From: Candidatus Thorarchaeota archaeon
GTDB taxonomy: Archaea; Asgardarchaeota; Thorarchaeia; Thorarchaeales; Thorarchaeaceae
Assembly (NCBI GenBank): GCA_963726195.1
Contig: CAVSBO010000010.1
Location: forward strand, 32,001-96,000
Direction: 5' to 3'
Length of the DNA: 64,000 nucleotides
Shown: piece after piece, positions 9,559 through 20,686 of the stretch
How positions within the stretch are numbered: position 1 is the stretch's first letter
Layout: each line of letters begins with the position of its first letter
Notes under the pieces: generated by a model
Seen by the model: the letters and a program-made list of their open reading frames with translations, nothing else
Databases searched by the model: none
What the model was told of the DNA's origin: nothing
Made by a program: the position numbers and the translations under genes

Positions 9559-10112
9559 CTAGTGTTCGTGCTTGCCCATTCCCTCTTGTGCTTCGTCGTG
9601 CTCTCCGCCACCTTTGACGCTAGTGTACACGTGATGCGAGTACAAGACGAAACCGAGGTATGCTTGTACAAACTCTCTTGCTGCATCCACGTTGTCTACG
9701 GAATAACTCTTCTTCGCCATGGCATGTTTGAACCGCTCCTGTAGGGCCTCCTCCACAGTGTGTGCTAGGAAGGCTATCACTTCCTTTACATTACCCTGTT
9801 CAATCGCCTTCTCGGCCTTTGGCACTACAGGGCCCCAGTCGAGTCCAGCAGGCTTCAGTCCTGTATAGGGTGCGCCTTCTCCCTCTCTATGCAGACGGAC
9901 GACGGTATCATAGAACCAGTAGTCTGCGAGCCTGGGCGGCTTCCTTGCCGAGCTTCCGCACTCGGATTGTCCTTTCAAACGCCTTCTTGATCTCGCTTTC
10001 AGCCTCCTTCGGCGCCCAAGGGCAGAATCAGATTCACGTTGCCTTTCTCAAGAGCGGCCTTTGCAGCCTTAACCACAGGTCCATCCATAGTATCGCAGTG
10101 AGGCGGTATACC
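9559..10112 (-). CDS. DUF6448-family protein, frameshift near 9935
   Basis: PPHCDTMDGPVV.. in one frame, LADYWFYDTVVRLHREGEGAPYTGLKPAG in another; His-rich C-terminus. Confidence 0.75.
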
Positions 10113-10333
10113 ATTACCTCCGCCCGTACACGTTGCCGCGCCTATCTAATGAATCTTATCAAACCATTTCCCTCAGGGTTGTCTTTGGACAATAGCCTTC
10201 ACTATTACTCGGATAAGTGACGGCGAATACGTTCGTTACTCAATGGATGACACTGACGGTGCGCAGGTTTAGATGCTCACTGAGCCAGCGGGAATGCTGT
10301 TCGCTTCATGTCATGATTATGGAGGTGCATCTG

Positions 10334-11193
10334 ATGCAATGCAAGCTTCGGAAGCTCACCGTTGACTACGAGGAATATGGCGAAGGGAACCAGTCGTTGC
10401 CATACACGGATTTCCGCTTGATCGCCAAGTGATGATTGGCTGTTTAGAACCAGTGTTCACACAACGAAATGGCTGGAGGCGCATCTACCTCGACTTGCCA
10501 GGGATGGGCAAGACGGAAGGTCCGGATTGGATTGTGAGTTCGGACCAGATGCTCGACGTGGTTCTTGAATTCATTGATACGGTAATCCCCGGGCAGCGCT
10601 TTGTACTGGCCGGTGAATCTTATGGAGGATACCTAGCGAGGGCTGTGGCTTATCGCAGGCGCGGTTGGGTTGATGGGTTGCTCCTGATATGCCCCATGAC
10701 TATTCCAGAGAATCGGAAACGTGCAGTGCCACGCAGGACAGTTCTTGTGGAGGACCCTGCGCTGCTTTCCACTCTGAAACCGGAAGACCGATCTGACTTC
10801 GAATCGATTGCTGTTGTGCAGTCATCCAAGATATGGCAAAGGTTTCAGGATGAGATCCTCTCGGGCCTGAGGGCTGCGAACAAGCCGTTCATAGAGAGAC
10901 TGTGGACTCACGCCTACGGGTTCTCCTTCGATATCGACAAACCATTCGGCAACCTCGACTCGCCCACCCTCATCATTACGGGAAGGCAGGATTCGTCCGT
11001 GGGCTACCGTGATACATGGACTGTTTTGGAGAACTACCCGCGGGCAACCTTCGCAGTGCTGGACCAGGCTGGACATAACCTGCAGATAGAACAAGAAGGT
11101 CTGTTCAACGCCCTAGTCAACGAATGGCTCGACCGCATCCAAGAACATAGAGTTCGATCTGAATCAATGTCTGTCAGCTCTCGAACGGCCTAG
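10334..11193 (+). CDS. Alpha/beta hydrolase, frameshift near 10388
   Basis: HGF.LD, YLDLPGMG, GESYGG nucleophile, GRQD, AGHNL; SD GGAGGTG. Confidence 0.85.
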
Positions 11194-11239
11194 GTTAGTG
11201 GATTCGATGTCAAAGCGGAATATTAATAACGCTCTATAT

Positions 11240-11251
11240 TAACTATAGTTA
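11240..11251. promoter_or_regulatory. Perfect palindrome TAACTATAGTTA in the AT-rich fprA promoter
   Basis: 12-bp palindrome about 75 bp upstream of fprA. Confidence 0.45.
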
Positions 11252-11327
11252 TACATCATATCTACTCACAGTCTGAAGACTGTCTGGTTTGTCTTTGAGA
11301 AAGTAAAATGCAAACAGGGGATGAAAA

Positions 11328-12518
11328 TTGAAGCCGATTGAGATAGTCAAAGGAGTGTACTGGGTCGGTGCGATAGACCATGACATTCGCAACTTTCACG
11401 GATACAGCTACACTGTTCATCATGGAACCACGTATAATGCATACCTCGTTGTGGGCAAGAAGATAGCACTAGTTGATGCTGTGTATGGACCATTCGCCGA
11501 CGAGATGTTTGATAGGATATCGAAGGTAATCGATCCTCAGAAGATAGACTACATGATCTCAAACCATACGGAAACAGACCACTCGGGTGCTATACCAGAC
11601 GTGTTGAAGAGAGTGCCCGGTGCAACGCTTGTATGCACCGCCAAGGCAGTTGAAGAACTGAAGAAGCATTATCATGATGGCTGGAAAATCCAGACCGTGA
11701 AGACCGGCGACGAAATCAACCTTGGCGGGAAAACGCTGAGATTCTACGAGGCACCAATGCTTCATTGGCCAGAGAGCATGTTCACCTACTACGTCGAAGA
11801 ACAACTGCTGATGCCCAATGATGCGTTTGGTCAGCACTACGCAACCGAGGAGCGCTATGCTGACGAAGTGGACCAGTATGTGCTGTGGAAAGAAGCGGAG
11901 AAGTACTACGCCAACATCCTTTGGCCCTTAAGCGGCCAAGTTCGAAGGAAAATCGAGGAAGTACTCGAACTGAAACTTCCTATCAAGATTATAGCGCCAT
12001 CACACGGTCTCATCTGGCGCAAGGACCCACTCCAGATAGTCACAAGATACCTACAATGGGCCAAGGGGGAGAGGACAACAAACAAGGTCGTCATCACTTG
12101 GGATACAATGTGGCAGAGCACTACCAAGCTCGCTCGCGCCATAGCTGAGGGAGTAAAGGACGAAGGCCTGACTCCCCTGCTTCGACTCATCCCGCATAGT
12201 GATAGAAGTGACATCATGGCCGAGTTGTTGGAAGCAAAAGGTATCCTTGTGGGGAGCTCGACACTGCACAACGAGATTCTTCCAACTGTGGCGCCGATAT
12301 TGTCCGATCTTGGAATGCTGAAGCCAGAGGGCAAGAAGTGCGCTGCGTTTGGTTCCTATGGCTGGAGTGGAGGAGCGGTCCAGAAGATTCAGGAGGCAAT
12401 GCAGCATGGCAAGATGCAGGTCGTCATGGATCCCTTCACTGTCAAGTGGGTGCCCACAAAGGAAGAACTCGACAAAGCGTACGAATGGGGCAGGGAATTC
12501 GCCAAGAAAGTGAAGTGA
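11328..12518 (+). CDS. fprA: Flavodiiron protein (type A flavoprotein)
   Basis: GTTYNAYL, NHTETDHSG, MLHWPESM, DAFGQH, APSHG, FGSYGWSG. Confidence 0.95.
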   Translation: MKPIEIVKGVYWVGAIDHDIRNFHGYSYTVHHGTTYNAYLVVGKKIALVDAVYGPFADEMFDRISKVIDPQKIDYMISNHTETDHSGAIPDVLKRVPGATLVCTAKAVEELKKHYHDGWKIQTVKTGDEINLGGKTLRFYEAPMLHWPESMFTYYVEEQLLMPNDAFGQHYATEERYADEVDQYVLWKEAEKYYANILWPLSGQVRRKIEEVLELKLPIKIIAPSHGLIWRKDPLQIVTRYLQWAKGERTTNKVVITWDTMWQSTTKLARAIAEGVKDEGLTPLLRLIPHSDRSDIMAELLEAKGILVGSSTLHNEILPTVAPILSDLGMLKPEGKKCAAFGSYGWSGGAVQKIQEAMQHGKMQVVMDPFTVKWVPTKEELDKAYEWGREFAKKVK

Positions 12519-12590
12519 CCTCTCAATCCTGTCATCCTGCAGGTCTGTCTTCGAGATACTCTAGCAACCAAAACAAGGGCAGGCGAGGAC

Positions 12591-12959
12591 TTAGACGGTC
12601 TCCTCGTCCTCTGCCCTCCAGCTCGGAAATACTATGCAAAGGAAGACTAAGTCCCCACTGCCGTTATTCTCGATGTATTGTACTGAGCCGGGATGGATAT
12701 AGACCACGTCCCCTGCGCCCACCTCCTTGGTTTCTTCATCAATGTGCATGATACCGCGCCCTTTCAGCACATAGTATGCCTCTGATGATGTCTTGATTCT
12801 GTGAGGAAGCGATGCCTTTCGCGCCCTTACTGTGGCGTGAGCGAGACTGTATCCAATCTTCAAGTCGCCTTTGTTGTGCTGCGGGTTGAGCAGTTCACGA
12901 AGGTGCGTGTCGTCAATGGCGGTTATCTCAGGGCAATCAATTAGGTGTTTTACCAGCAT
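12591..12959 (-). CDS. Cupin-domain protein
   Basis: SLPH....SEAYYVLKGRG, GDVVYIHPG..Q.I.N. Confidence 0.88.
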   Translation of the reverse strand: MLVKHLIDCPEITAIDDTHLRELLNPQHNKGDLKIGYSLAHATVRARKASLPHRIKTSSEAYYVLKGRGIMHIDEETKEVGAGDVVYIHPGSVQYIENNGSGDLVFLCIVFPSWRAEDEETV

Positions 12960-13108
12960 CAGTTCGCGGACATGTATTGGAACTGCTTGTTACGTCATAA
13001 ATCTGCGTTGAGATAGTCGACAAGCATTCAGCAGATAGGACTTCCCTCTGAAGGGCATCGAAAGCAAGCGAATTGTTCTTCAGTGACCACAATGTGAGGT
13101 GGGTGGTT

Positions 13109-13558
13109 ATGGCGATGGGCGAGAAGATGAGTCTGAAGAATATGTTTCCTTACTGGGGAGAGGTATTTTGCACATTTGAGGAAGCAATCAGGCGGCTGGA
13201 CGAGAGCGTAGCAGACCACAGGTGTTCTGATAATACAAGATCCATTCGCGATATACTGGCTCATGTCATTGAGATCTTCAATCGTGACATCGTAGAGTTT
13301 GTATTGGGGGGCAAACACCAAAGCGATAGTCAGAGAAAACTGGACAGGATGCTAAAGACAATTCAGAGCCAGAAGCGCATCCTAGAAGACCTTCTAGTAC
13401 ATCGGACTGTCGACTTCATGTCCGAGACCAAGGAATTCATGGGCAACCCGCGCACTTATGGGGACGCTCTATGGAATGTGCTAATGGAGCAGCTACATCA
13501 CCGTGGGCAGGTCTTTTTACTGATGTCATCAGCGGGCGTTAAGCCTCCAGAGTTATAG
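13109..13558 (+). CDS. DinB-family protein
   Basis: RSIRDILAHV, EQLHHRGQ. Confidence 0.75.
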   Translation: MAMGEKMSLKNMFPYWGEVFCTFEEAIRRLDESVADHRCSDNTRSIRDILAHVIEIFNRDIVEFVLGGKHQSDSQRKLDRMLKTIQSQKRILEDLLVHRTVDFMSETKEFMGNPRTYGDALWNVLMEQLHHRGQVFLLMSSAGVKPPEL

Positions 13559-13711
13559 TACTGGCCGCCTGTTCGCATGAATCTCCCGAAAGCAGAGATA
13601 AGAGCGAATCAGAGTCTGCGCATGAAGCCGCATCGTGGGTCAGGGGTGATAAGTCTCTGCAGCCAGCCTGCGCCTCCAGGATTCAGACTTGACTGCAGTC
13701 TGTCTTCATAC

Positions 13712-14911
13712 TCAGAAATCGGGCGGGGTCATGGATCCCCACTTCGGAATCTTTTCCATTGCCGGGTCGTAGCCGTCTAAGACATGACGCCCAAGTATGA
13801 GCCTCTGAATCTCGCTGGTGCCCTCGTAAATCTGGTATAGCTTGGCATCGCGGAACAGTTTCTCCAGCGGGTATTGGTCGATGTAGCCATATCCGCCGTG
13901 CAGCTGGACAGCTTCGCTCGCAACCCACATCGCGGCGTCTGTAGCAAAGGCCTTCGCAACACTTGCCGCAATTGTTGAATCGCCAGTAGTATCAGCCTCC
14001 CATGCAGCCTTGAGGTACAACATCCTTGATGCCTCGATTCTCATGTACATTTCAGCCAACTTGAACTGCGTGACCTCAAACTTGCGGAGCTTTTCGCCGA
14101 ATGCCCCTCTCTTGTTAACGTATTCGCGGGCATATTCCATGGCGGCCCTCGCGAGACCAGTGGAGAAAGCTGCAATCGCCGGTCGTGTCATCGCGAAAGT
14201 TGACATAGCGATTATGAAGCCCTGACCTTCGGACCCAAGCAGGTTCTCTTCGGGGACGTTTACGTCCTTGAGCATGACAGACGATGTGGCTGATGCCCTG
14301 TGACCCATCTTCTCGACAGGGCGGCCAGTCTTCAAGCCGGGTGAATCTGCATCAACAATGAAAGCACATAGAGCCTTGTGTCGTTGACTGGGGTCTAGGC
14401 TTGCGAATATTGTGAAAGTGTCGGCGTAAGGTGCGTTTGTGATCCAGAACTTACTCCCATTCAGAACGTAGTGGTTGCCTTCCTTCTTTGCTTGAGCCTG
14501 GATGCCTGCCACGTCGCTGCCCATTCCGGGTTCTGAAGTTGCAAAGCTGATGAACTTCAGTTCCTTCGTCAGCGGTCTCAGGTACTTCTCCTTCTGTTCG
14601 CTCGTGCCTGCGACAAGAATCGGTTCAGCACCCAAGGAGTTGGCATAGATGCTGGTTGTCATCCCTGCACAGCCTGCAGCCATCTCTTCGACTAGTAAAC
14701 ACTGGTCAATAACACCCAGCCCGGCGCCACCGTACTCCTTTGGTATGCCGAGATTCATGAGACCGGATTCCCAGCACTTTCGGATGATTGGCAGTGCGAA
14801 CTCGCCGGTCTTGTCGTAGTAGTGGGCGTACGGAATCATATACTGTTGAGCAAACTCTCGTGCTTTCTTCTGAAGCGCAAGATGCTCAGCTGTGAGACTG
14901 AAGTCTATCAA
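13712..14911 (-). CDS. Acyl-CoA dehydrogenase
   Basis: TSEPGMGSD, LNGSKFWITNA, QLHGGYGY, YQIYEGTSEIQR. Confidence 0.95.
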   Translation of the reverse strand: MIDFSLTAEHLALQKKAREFAQQYMIPYAHYYDKTGEFALPIIRKCWESGLMNLGIPKEYGGAGLGVIDQCLLVEEMAAGCAGMTTSIYANSLGAEPILVAGTSEQKEKYLRPLTKELKFISFATSEPGMGSDVAGIQAQAKKEGNHYVLNGSKFWITNAPYADTFTIFASLDPSQRHKALCAFIVDADSPGLKTGRPVEKMGHRASATSSVMLKDVNVPEENLLGSEGQGFIIAMSTFAMTRPAIAAFSTGLARAAMEYAREYVNKRGAFGEKLRKFEVTQFKLAEMYMRIEASRMLYLKAAWEADTTGDSTIAASVAKAFATDAAMWVASEAVQLHGGYGYIDQYPLEKLFRDAKLYQIYEGTSEIQRLILGRHVLDGYDPAMEKIPKWGSMTPPDF

Positions 14912-14986
14912 ATCTGCTCCCTCGCTTGCTGTTCTACTTACCGTAGATATCGAGGTGCTATTAATAAATTATGAATTGACAAAGAA

Positions 14987-17251
14987 TCAGCTCTGAGCAG
15001 TCATCGCTCTGACTACCTCAGGCAGACTCCATTTCAACTCCAAATCGAGAGCACCGCTTTCGGGGCCCGGACAACGCCTTATGCAAGTCCTGCAGGCCAC
15101 ACATAGCCATAGATCTACCTCAACCTTACCGAACCCGGGAGAGATTTCTTTCAGTTCGATGCTACCAAGTGGTTTCGCAGTTGCGAGACTCCGGACAGCC
15201 CTGTAGAACATAGCCTTGTTAGCAGGCAGCAGCTTCAGGTCCTCTTCAGAGAACTCGAAGAACTTCGGAATGTCCATCATTGGCTTGAGCTTAATGGCGT
15301 GCTCAGGGCAGCTTATCTCACATGACTTGCAGCCTAGGCACTTGGCTTGGGCCCAGTCAATGGTTCCGAACCCGAGGAGCGGAGCATATCCCATCATATC
15401 GCGATACTCTTCCATCACGGATGGGACATCGATATCCGTCAACTCCTCTACTGTAACTCTTGGCCGTGTGCTTGGAATTCTCGCACGGGCACGGTAGGCG
15501 AGAAGTACTGCTGACTTGATCTTGCCTTCTACATCCTTCAGCACGGGCTCGGCAATCACGGTTCCGGAGACCTTGATTTTGGCCATCTTGTCACAAGACT
15601 TAGAGAAAACATCGAGAGAAGAGGCGAGCCGACCGATGTCATCGGGGCGAAAGTTATCCAAGATGCTCCGAAGGTCGCTCTGTGCGTTGGTAAGCTGAAG
15701 CGCCAAGCCGCTTACCGTCCTTACGGTAACCTCGGCCTCATTTGGGGTTCGAGGAATATCGTACTGGACATAACCGTGGGTTTCTCCTGCGATAGTGAGA
15801 AGCTCGTCTCGCTTCAGTCGCAACAGGTGTTGAAAGACACGGTTCTGGGGGATGTGCGTTTTCTCAGCCAAGTCATGGGCCGTCAATGCACCAAGCTCGC
15901 GGATGAGAACGAGAATCATGCCTCGCTCCAGCTCGTTGTCAAGATACGTCTCCATGAGCTTATCGTAGACCTCGGGGTCAAGCTTCTCGCCGTAGGCATT
16001 CCCCTGTGAAACAAGACGTGGACCCTTCTCCAGTGCAATCTTGAGCCTGAATCTCGTGAATGCCTCAAGGCCTGCAGACACGAGGAGTCGGAGATCCTCT
16101 GAGCTCGCAGTGGTTTGTGACTGAAGCACACTCTGCGTTGCGGCGTCCACGGCCTCCCGGACTGTATTCATGTCATCTGATATCATCGACTCGTCGTATT
16201 CGCCGAGTAACTGCAGTTTCTCTAAGACATGGCCCAAGCGCTCGAGAGAGTCACTGGCTGAGTCCTTTGCCGGTCCCTGTAACGATTTGACAAGCCCTCG
16301 AAGTTGTTGAATGATTCTTTTCAGCACTAGTGTTGTTGGAGGAGTGGCGGGCAAGACCCGGGAGAAAACCGGAGCATCACCGTCAAGGCCGGCTATTTCC
16401 ACTTCTCCTCTCTGAATCATGGAAATAATCACGGATTGGATTTTCTCAGAAGATACTTTCATTGAGTCTGAAATCTGAACGACTGTTTTCGACCCGGCGT
16501 TGCTTAGAATGAAGAGAATCATTCCGCGATATAGCTCGTTCGCGACGTTGCCAGTGAGGAGCTGGACCAGACGCTCATCGCTGATCCGTCCCTCTCTCTT
16601 CCCACGCTTTACCTGAGCAACAGCACGCAGAAATGGTCCGTATCTGGTCTTGGTGCCGAGTTTCTGAAGTGAATCAAGTTTAGCTTCGGGATCTGAACTA
16701 GAGTCCTGCAGAGCAAGTGACAGCGATTCAGCGAGCGATTTGATATCCGTGATAGCCCCTGCAGCGTTCGACTTGGCTTTCTCGTCATACTCCCCAAGGA
16801 CTGATTCTATCTTTGGGACGGTGTCATGAATTGGCTGTAGGGATTCTGTGATGTCTGCTATCTGACGACCGACGCTCTCAACTTCAGTCTTCTCCGCTTT
16901 CGCGAGCAGTGATTTTAGAGCATTGAGAAGGCCCACAATGCCCTTAGACTGAGTACTTGATGATGCCTTCTCAAGGTTCGAGACAGCGTCTCTGAGAATC
17001 GTCTTGTCACTTATCTGGTCGATTAGTCCCATTCGTTGAGCTATGTCCAAGAAGGCATCGAAATACGCGTCCGGGAATGCAAGTATTGCTTCTGTCAATG
17101 GTAGAAGTCCACGTTTCAGGTTCTCAATCTCTTCAGCGATTCGGATGCCGGATACTGCAGACTCCTCTCTGAGTCCGCCCAGTGTTAGGACCATGTCCAT
17201 CATTCGACGTCTCTTAGGCGCCATCTCTCCTACTTCTTCGACCGTGCTCAT
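14987..17251 (-). CDS. Large protein with two winged-helix repeats and C-terminal 4Fe-4S ferredoxin motifs
   Basis: EL.RGMIL..L...G..T...........I...I..M/L.R.E repeated twice; CLGCKSCEISCP and CVACRTCIRRCP. Confidence 0.7.
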   Translation of the reverse strand: MSTVEEVGEMAPKRRRMMDMVLTLGGLREESAVSGIRIAEEIENLKRGLLPLTEAILAFPDAYFDAFLDIAQRMGLIDQISDKTILRDAVSNLEKASSSTQSKGIVGLLNALKSLLAKAEKTEVESVGRQIADITESLQPIHDTVPKIESVLGEYDEKAKSNAAGAITDIKSLAESLSLALQDSSSDPEAKLDSLQKLGTKTRYGPFLRAVAQVKRGKREGRISDERLVQLLTGNVANELYRGMILFILSNAGSKTVVQISDSMKVSSEKIQSVIISMIQRGEVEIAGLDGDAPVFSRVLPATPPTTLVLKRIIQQLRGLVKSLQGPAKDSASDSLERLGHVLEKLQLLGEYDESMISDDMNTVREAVDAATQSVLQSQTTASSEDLRLLVSAGLEAFTRFRLKIALEKGPRLVSQGNAYGEKLDPEVYDKLMETYLDNELERGMILVLIRELGALTAHDLAEKTHIPQNRVFQHLLRLKRDELLTIAGETHGYVQYDIPRTPNEAEVTVRTVSGLALQLTNAQSDLRSILDNFRPDDIGRLASSLDVFSKSCDKMAKIKVSGTVIAEPVLKDVEGKIKSAVLLAYRARARIPSTRPRVTVEELTDIDVPSVMEEYRDMMGYAPLLGFGTIDWAQAKCLGCKSCEISCPEHAIKLKPMMDIPKFFEFSEEDLKLLPANKAMFYRAVRSLATAKPLGSIELKEISPGFGKVEVDLWLCVACRTCIRRCPGPESGALDLELKWSLPEVVRAMTAQS

Positions 17252-19426
17252 GGACTCGCCTCCATCCACTTGCCGGCGGTGCCCAGATGAACTGGTGTAG
17301 GACCGAGAGTCTGAGCTCGCTTGACCATTTCATTTACTGCACGCGTGAACCTCTCGGGTTCAGCACTGAACATCCTGAACATCTCGACTCGCTCACCCTG
17401 CCAACCGATGGCATCCAGTATCTCTCGCGCGACATCCACCTGAATCTGGGCAATCTCGTTTCCTGTGCCGCCAATATGACAACGGTCTTTCTCACAAGCT
17501 GCAATCATAACTGTGCTCGCACCGTGCTCGAATGCCTTGAGAATATCGATTATCGATACCCGCCCCGAGCAGGGAACAGGGATTAGGCGAGTGCTTGCTG
17601 GGTACTCCATCCTTCGTGTTCCGACTATGTCAATAGTAGATACGGCACACTCTTCGCAATAGAAACAGACAGTTATTGGATAGTCAGGTCCAGCTCCCTG
17701 TAGAGTTCCCTCGATTTCGGACCACAACTGGTCGTTTGAAAGGAAATTGAGCTGAGTTGCGGCAGACGGACACAGACTCTGACAGACGCCACAGGCATGG
17801 CAGTTAAGAGTGTCAATGGTGGCCTTGAACAATATCTTCTGAGCCTCGCTCTCGGTCTCAGCATCGGTTTGCTCAACCATAAGAGGTACGCCTCGAGGGC
17901 ATTGTTGAGCACACAGGCTACACCCAACACAATCGTCAGCCTTCAGAACTGCGCCGCGTGCAAGGGTTTCGATTTTACCATTCTGCAGCTCATTATGGAG
18001 CATTAGTGCGGCGGCCTGAGCATCAGTCACGGCCTCGAATACGAACTGAGGACGAGTAACTGCACCCACGGCGACAACTCCTCTCCGTCTGGTCTCATTC
18101 CGCCGGAGCTTACCGTAGAGCTCTTTCACATGACCGTCATATTCTACTGCATATCCAAGGGACTGCGATAACTCTGAGACTCCGTCTGCGGGCAGTATTG
18201 CTGAAGACAACACTAGCAAGTCAGGACTTGTCTCCGAAGTACCTGTTGAGAAGAGAGTCATAGAACCGTACCCAAGTTCTGCTTTCTCGTTCCCAAACCA
18301 TACTGACTCTGCCACGAATGTAGTCAACGCCCTTTTCACGAGATTCCTTGTAGACTATCTCGTTCTCGAATGGCACACGAATATCCATGTATATGATTCG
18401 GACCTTGGCGTCCGGGACCCTTTTCACTATCTCCAGCGCATTGTCAATAGCGAAAGTGCAACAGAGTTTGCTGCAGTCCCGTTTGTAATCTTCGGATCTG
18501 CTTCCTACGCATTGAACCATGACTACTTCTCTGATTGGCTGACCGTCGGAAGGCCTCGAGAGATTCTCTTCGCTAAGCATGCATGATAGCTCAAATTGCG
18601 TGACCACGTTGGGGTTCTTGCCGTATCTGAACTCATCCAGTGCGGTTGGTTTGAATTCCTGAAATCCCATGGCAAGCACGATGCCAGATGTCTTGAGCTT
18701 CTTCTCCTCGCCGCCCTTGGTTGGCGCGTAGTGCACTGTGAAATTTCCCATCTCGCCTTCTACGAACTTCACTCTCGTGTTTGTCATGACACTGATTCTC
18801 GAGGTACTCTCCAGCTCCTGCAGTCTGCCACTCAGGACCTCTTTCCCGGACCGTCCTGTCGGTGTGACCAAGGGCAGACTAATCACGTGTCCACCCAGCT
18901 GCTCGCTCAATTCAATCAATGCCACGTCGTATCCAAGTTTAGAAAGGCTCAGGGCTGATTCGATTCCAGCTATGCCGCCGCCAATGACAGTCACATGAGC
19001 AGGTACTTCCTTGTGCTCGAAAGTAAGCGGTACAGAGAGACCAGAAAGTGCTAGAACTCCACGAATCATGTCAGTGCTTTTCTTGCTAGCCTCGTCTTGG
19101 TCGCTATGCACCCAAGCAGAATGCTCTCGAATGTTGATATATTGTATCTGTGAGGGGTCCTTTCCTCTTGCTCTTAGATACTGTTCAATCCTAGGCCTAA
19201 TCTTCTGGCTCGTGCAGGCAGCAATGACCAGACGACCTCCGTACTCATCGACCAGACCTTCAATCTGAGCTAGGCCGTCTTCCTGGCAAACTAAGTCATG
19301 GATTGCGACAACGGCGGTCAGATCCATCTCCTGAATCTCTCTCTTCAGCAGGTCATAGTCAAGTCGCAGTGTTCTGCCACATGTGCATAGTAGTACTGCT
19401 GACTTGTCAGTCGTCATTGCTATCAC
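17248..19426 (-). CDS. HdrA/QmoB-like flavoprotein fused to ferredoxin and MvhD domains (frameshift near 18235)
   Basis: LCTCG, IAACTS, NIREH, GGGIAG, QCVGSR, CSKLCC; then CxxCxxCxxxCP x2 and VPCSGRV..ACEKDRCH. Confidence 0.85.
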
Positions 19427-20685
19427 GCCCTGCTTTGAAGAATCATAGATGCAACGGCCCTAGCCTGAGTGACACTCTCCGGAACCTCAGCAGGACCAGC
19501 CGCTGCGCCACAGACGTAAAGATGATCTCCGGCCACGACCTCGTTCTCAGAAAGCTGGTCAGCTGGCTTCACAAAGCCATCCGAGGAACTGAGTCCAAGC
19601 TTCTCGATGAGTCCTGTCATATCAGGCTGAGGCTCTAGAGCAGACGATAACACAATGAGATCCACTGAGAACCTGAGATACGTGTCAAGCAAAGAGTCGT
19701 AGACCGTGATATGCAGAGCACCATCCTTGGCTGGCTCCACTCGCGTGACGCGACCTCGTATGAACTCCACTCCAGCCTGACGCGAGTCACGATAGTAACG
19801 TTCGTGCCTGTCATAGGTCCGAATGTCCATATAGACCACTGAGACCCTCGTGCCCTCTCTCTCGTGCATGACTATGTTTGCATGCTTCAGTGCAAATACA
19901 CAGCAGATCTTCGAGCAATACGGATGGTAGCTCTCATCCCTGCTTCCAACGCATTGAACCATCAGGACATCCTTGATGGAAGCTCCATCTGAAGGCCGTA
20001 TCAGAGCGCCCCCGGATTTCCCGTTTGGGTCAAGCATCTGCGCGAGTTCCAATTGCGTGACAACATTGGGCATCTTTCCGTAACCGTACTCCACCATGTC
20101 GACCGGTTTCATCTCATGATAGCCAGTCGCGAGTACTATGTCTGAGATTCGAAGTGTTTCGTCAGAAGGTTGTGCTTGCAGGTTGATTGCCTTGGTGGGG
20201 CACTCTCTTTCAGCCTTCTCGGTGCCTTCATCCGACCTCTGAGGATCATAGACGACTGCTTGAGGCTGACACTGGGGGGACGCCAGATAGAATGCCTTCG
20301 AGAGGTCAACACAAAGCCCGCAGATTGTACACTTCTTCGGCTCAACGTATCTTGGGGCAGCAGCGATCTTGACCTTGAACTCACCCGGTCTGCCTGAGAT
20401 ATCAACGATCTCGCTGCCCGTCCGGACATCGATGTTGGGCTGATCAGTCATTGCACTCCTGTAGAAACACTTGCGAATTCCAGGTCTCCAACGGTTGCCC
20501 TCGAAGCAATAGAAGCAATCATCAGTTGGAAAGGCTTTGTAGAGATCCAGCGCATTGCCGCCCATGGTGAAGGACTTCTCTACGAGGACTGTCTTGATTC
20601 CGGCGTCAGCGAGCTCCGCGGCCACAGTCATTCCTGCGACGCCAGCTCCGATGATGAGCACGGGGTCAGACACTCTGCGGTTCAC
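19423..20685 (-). CDS. hdrA: HdrA/QmoA-like flavoprotein
   Basis: GAGVAG, KAFPTDDC, QCVGSRD, YCSKICC, YMDIRT. Confidence 0.87.
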   Translation of the reverse strand: MNRRVSDPVLIIGAGVAGMTVAAELADAGIKTVLVEKSFTMGGNALDLYKAFPTDDCFYCFEGNRWRPGIRKCFYRSAMTDQPNIDVRTGSEIVDISGRPGEFKVKIAAAPRYVEPKKCTICGLCVDLSKAFYLASPQCQPQAVVYDPQRSDEGTEKAERECPTKAINLQAQPSDETLRISDIVLATGYHEMKPVDMVEYGYGKMPNVVTQLELAQMLDPNGKSGGALIRPSDGASIKDVLMVQCVGSRDESYHPYCSKICCVFALKHANIVMHEREGTRVSVVYMDIRTYDRHERYYRDSRQAGVEFIRGRVTRVEPAKDGALHITVYDSLLDTYLRFSVDLIVLSSALEPQPDMTGLIEKLGLSSSDGFVKPADQLSENEVVAGDHLYVCGAAAGPAEVPESVTQARAVASMILQSRA

Positions 20686-20686
20686 C

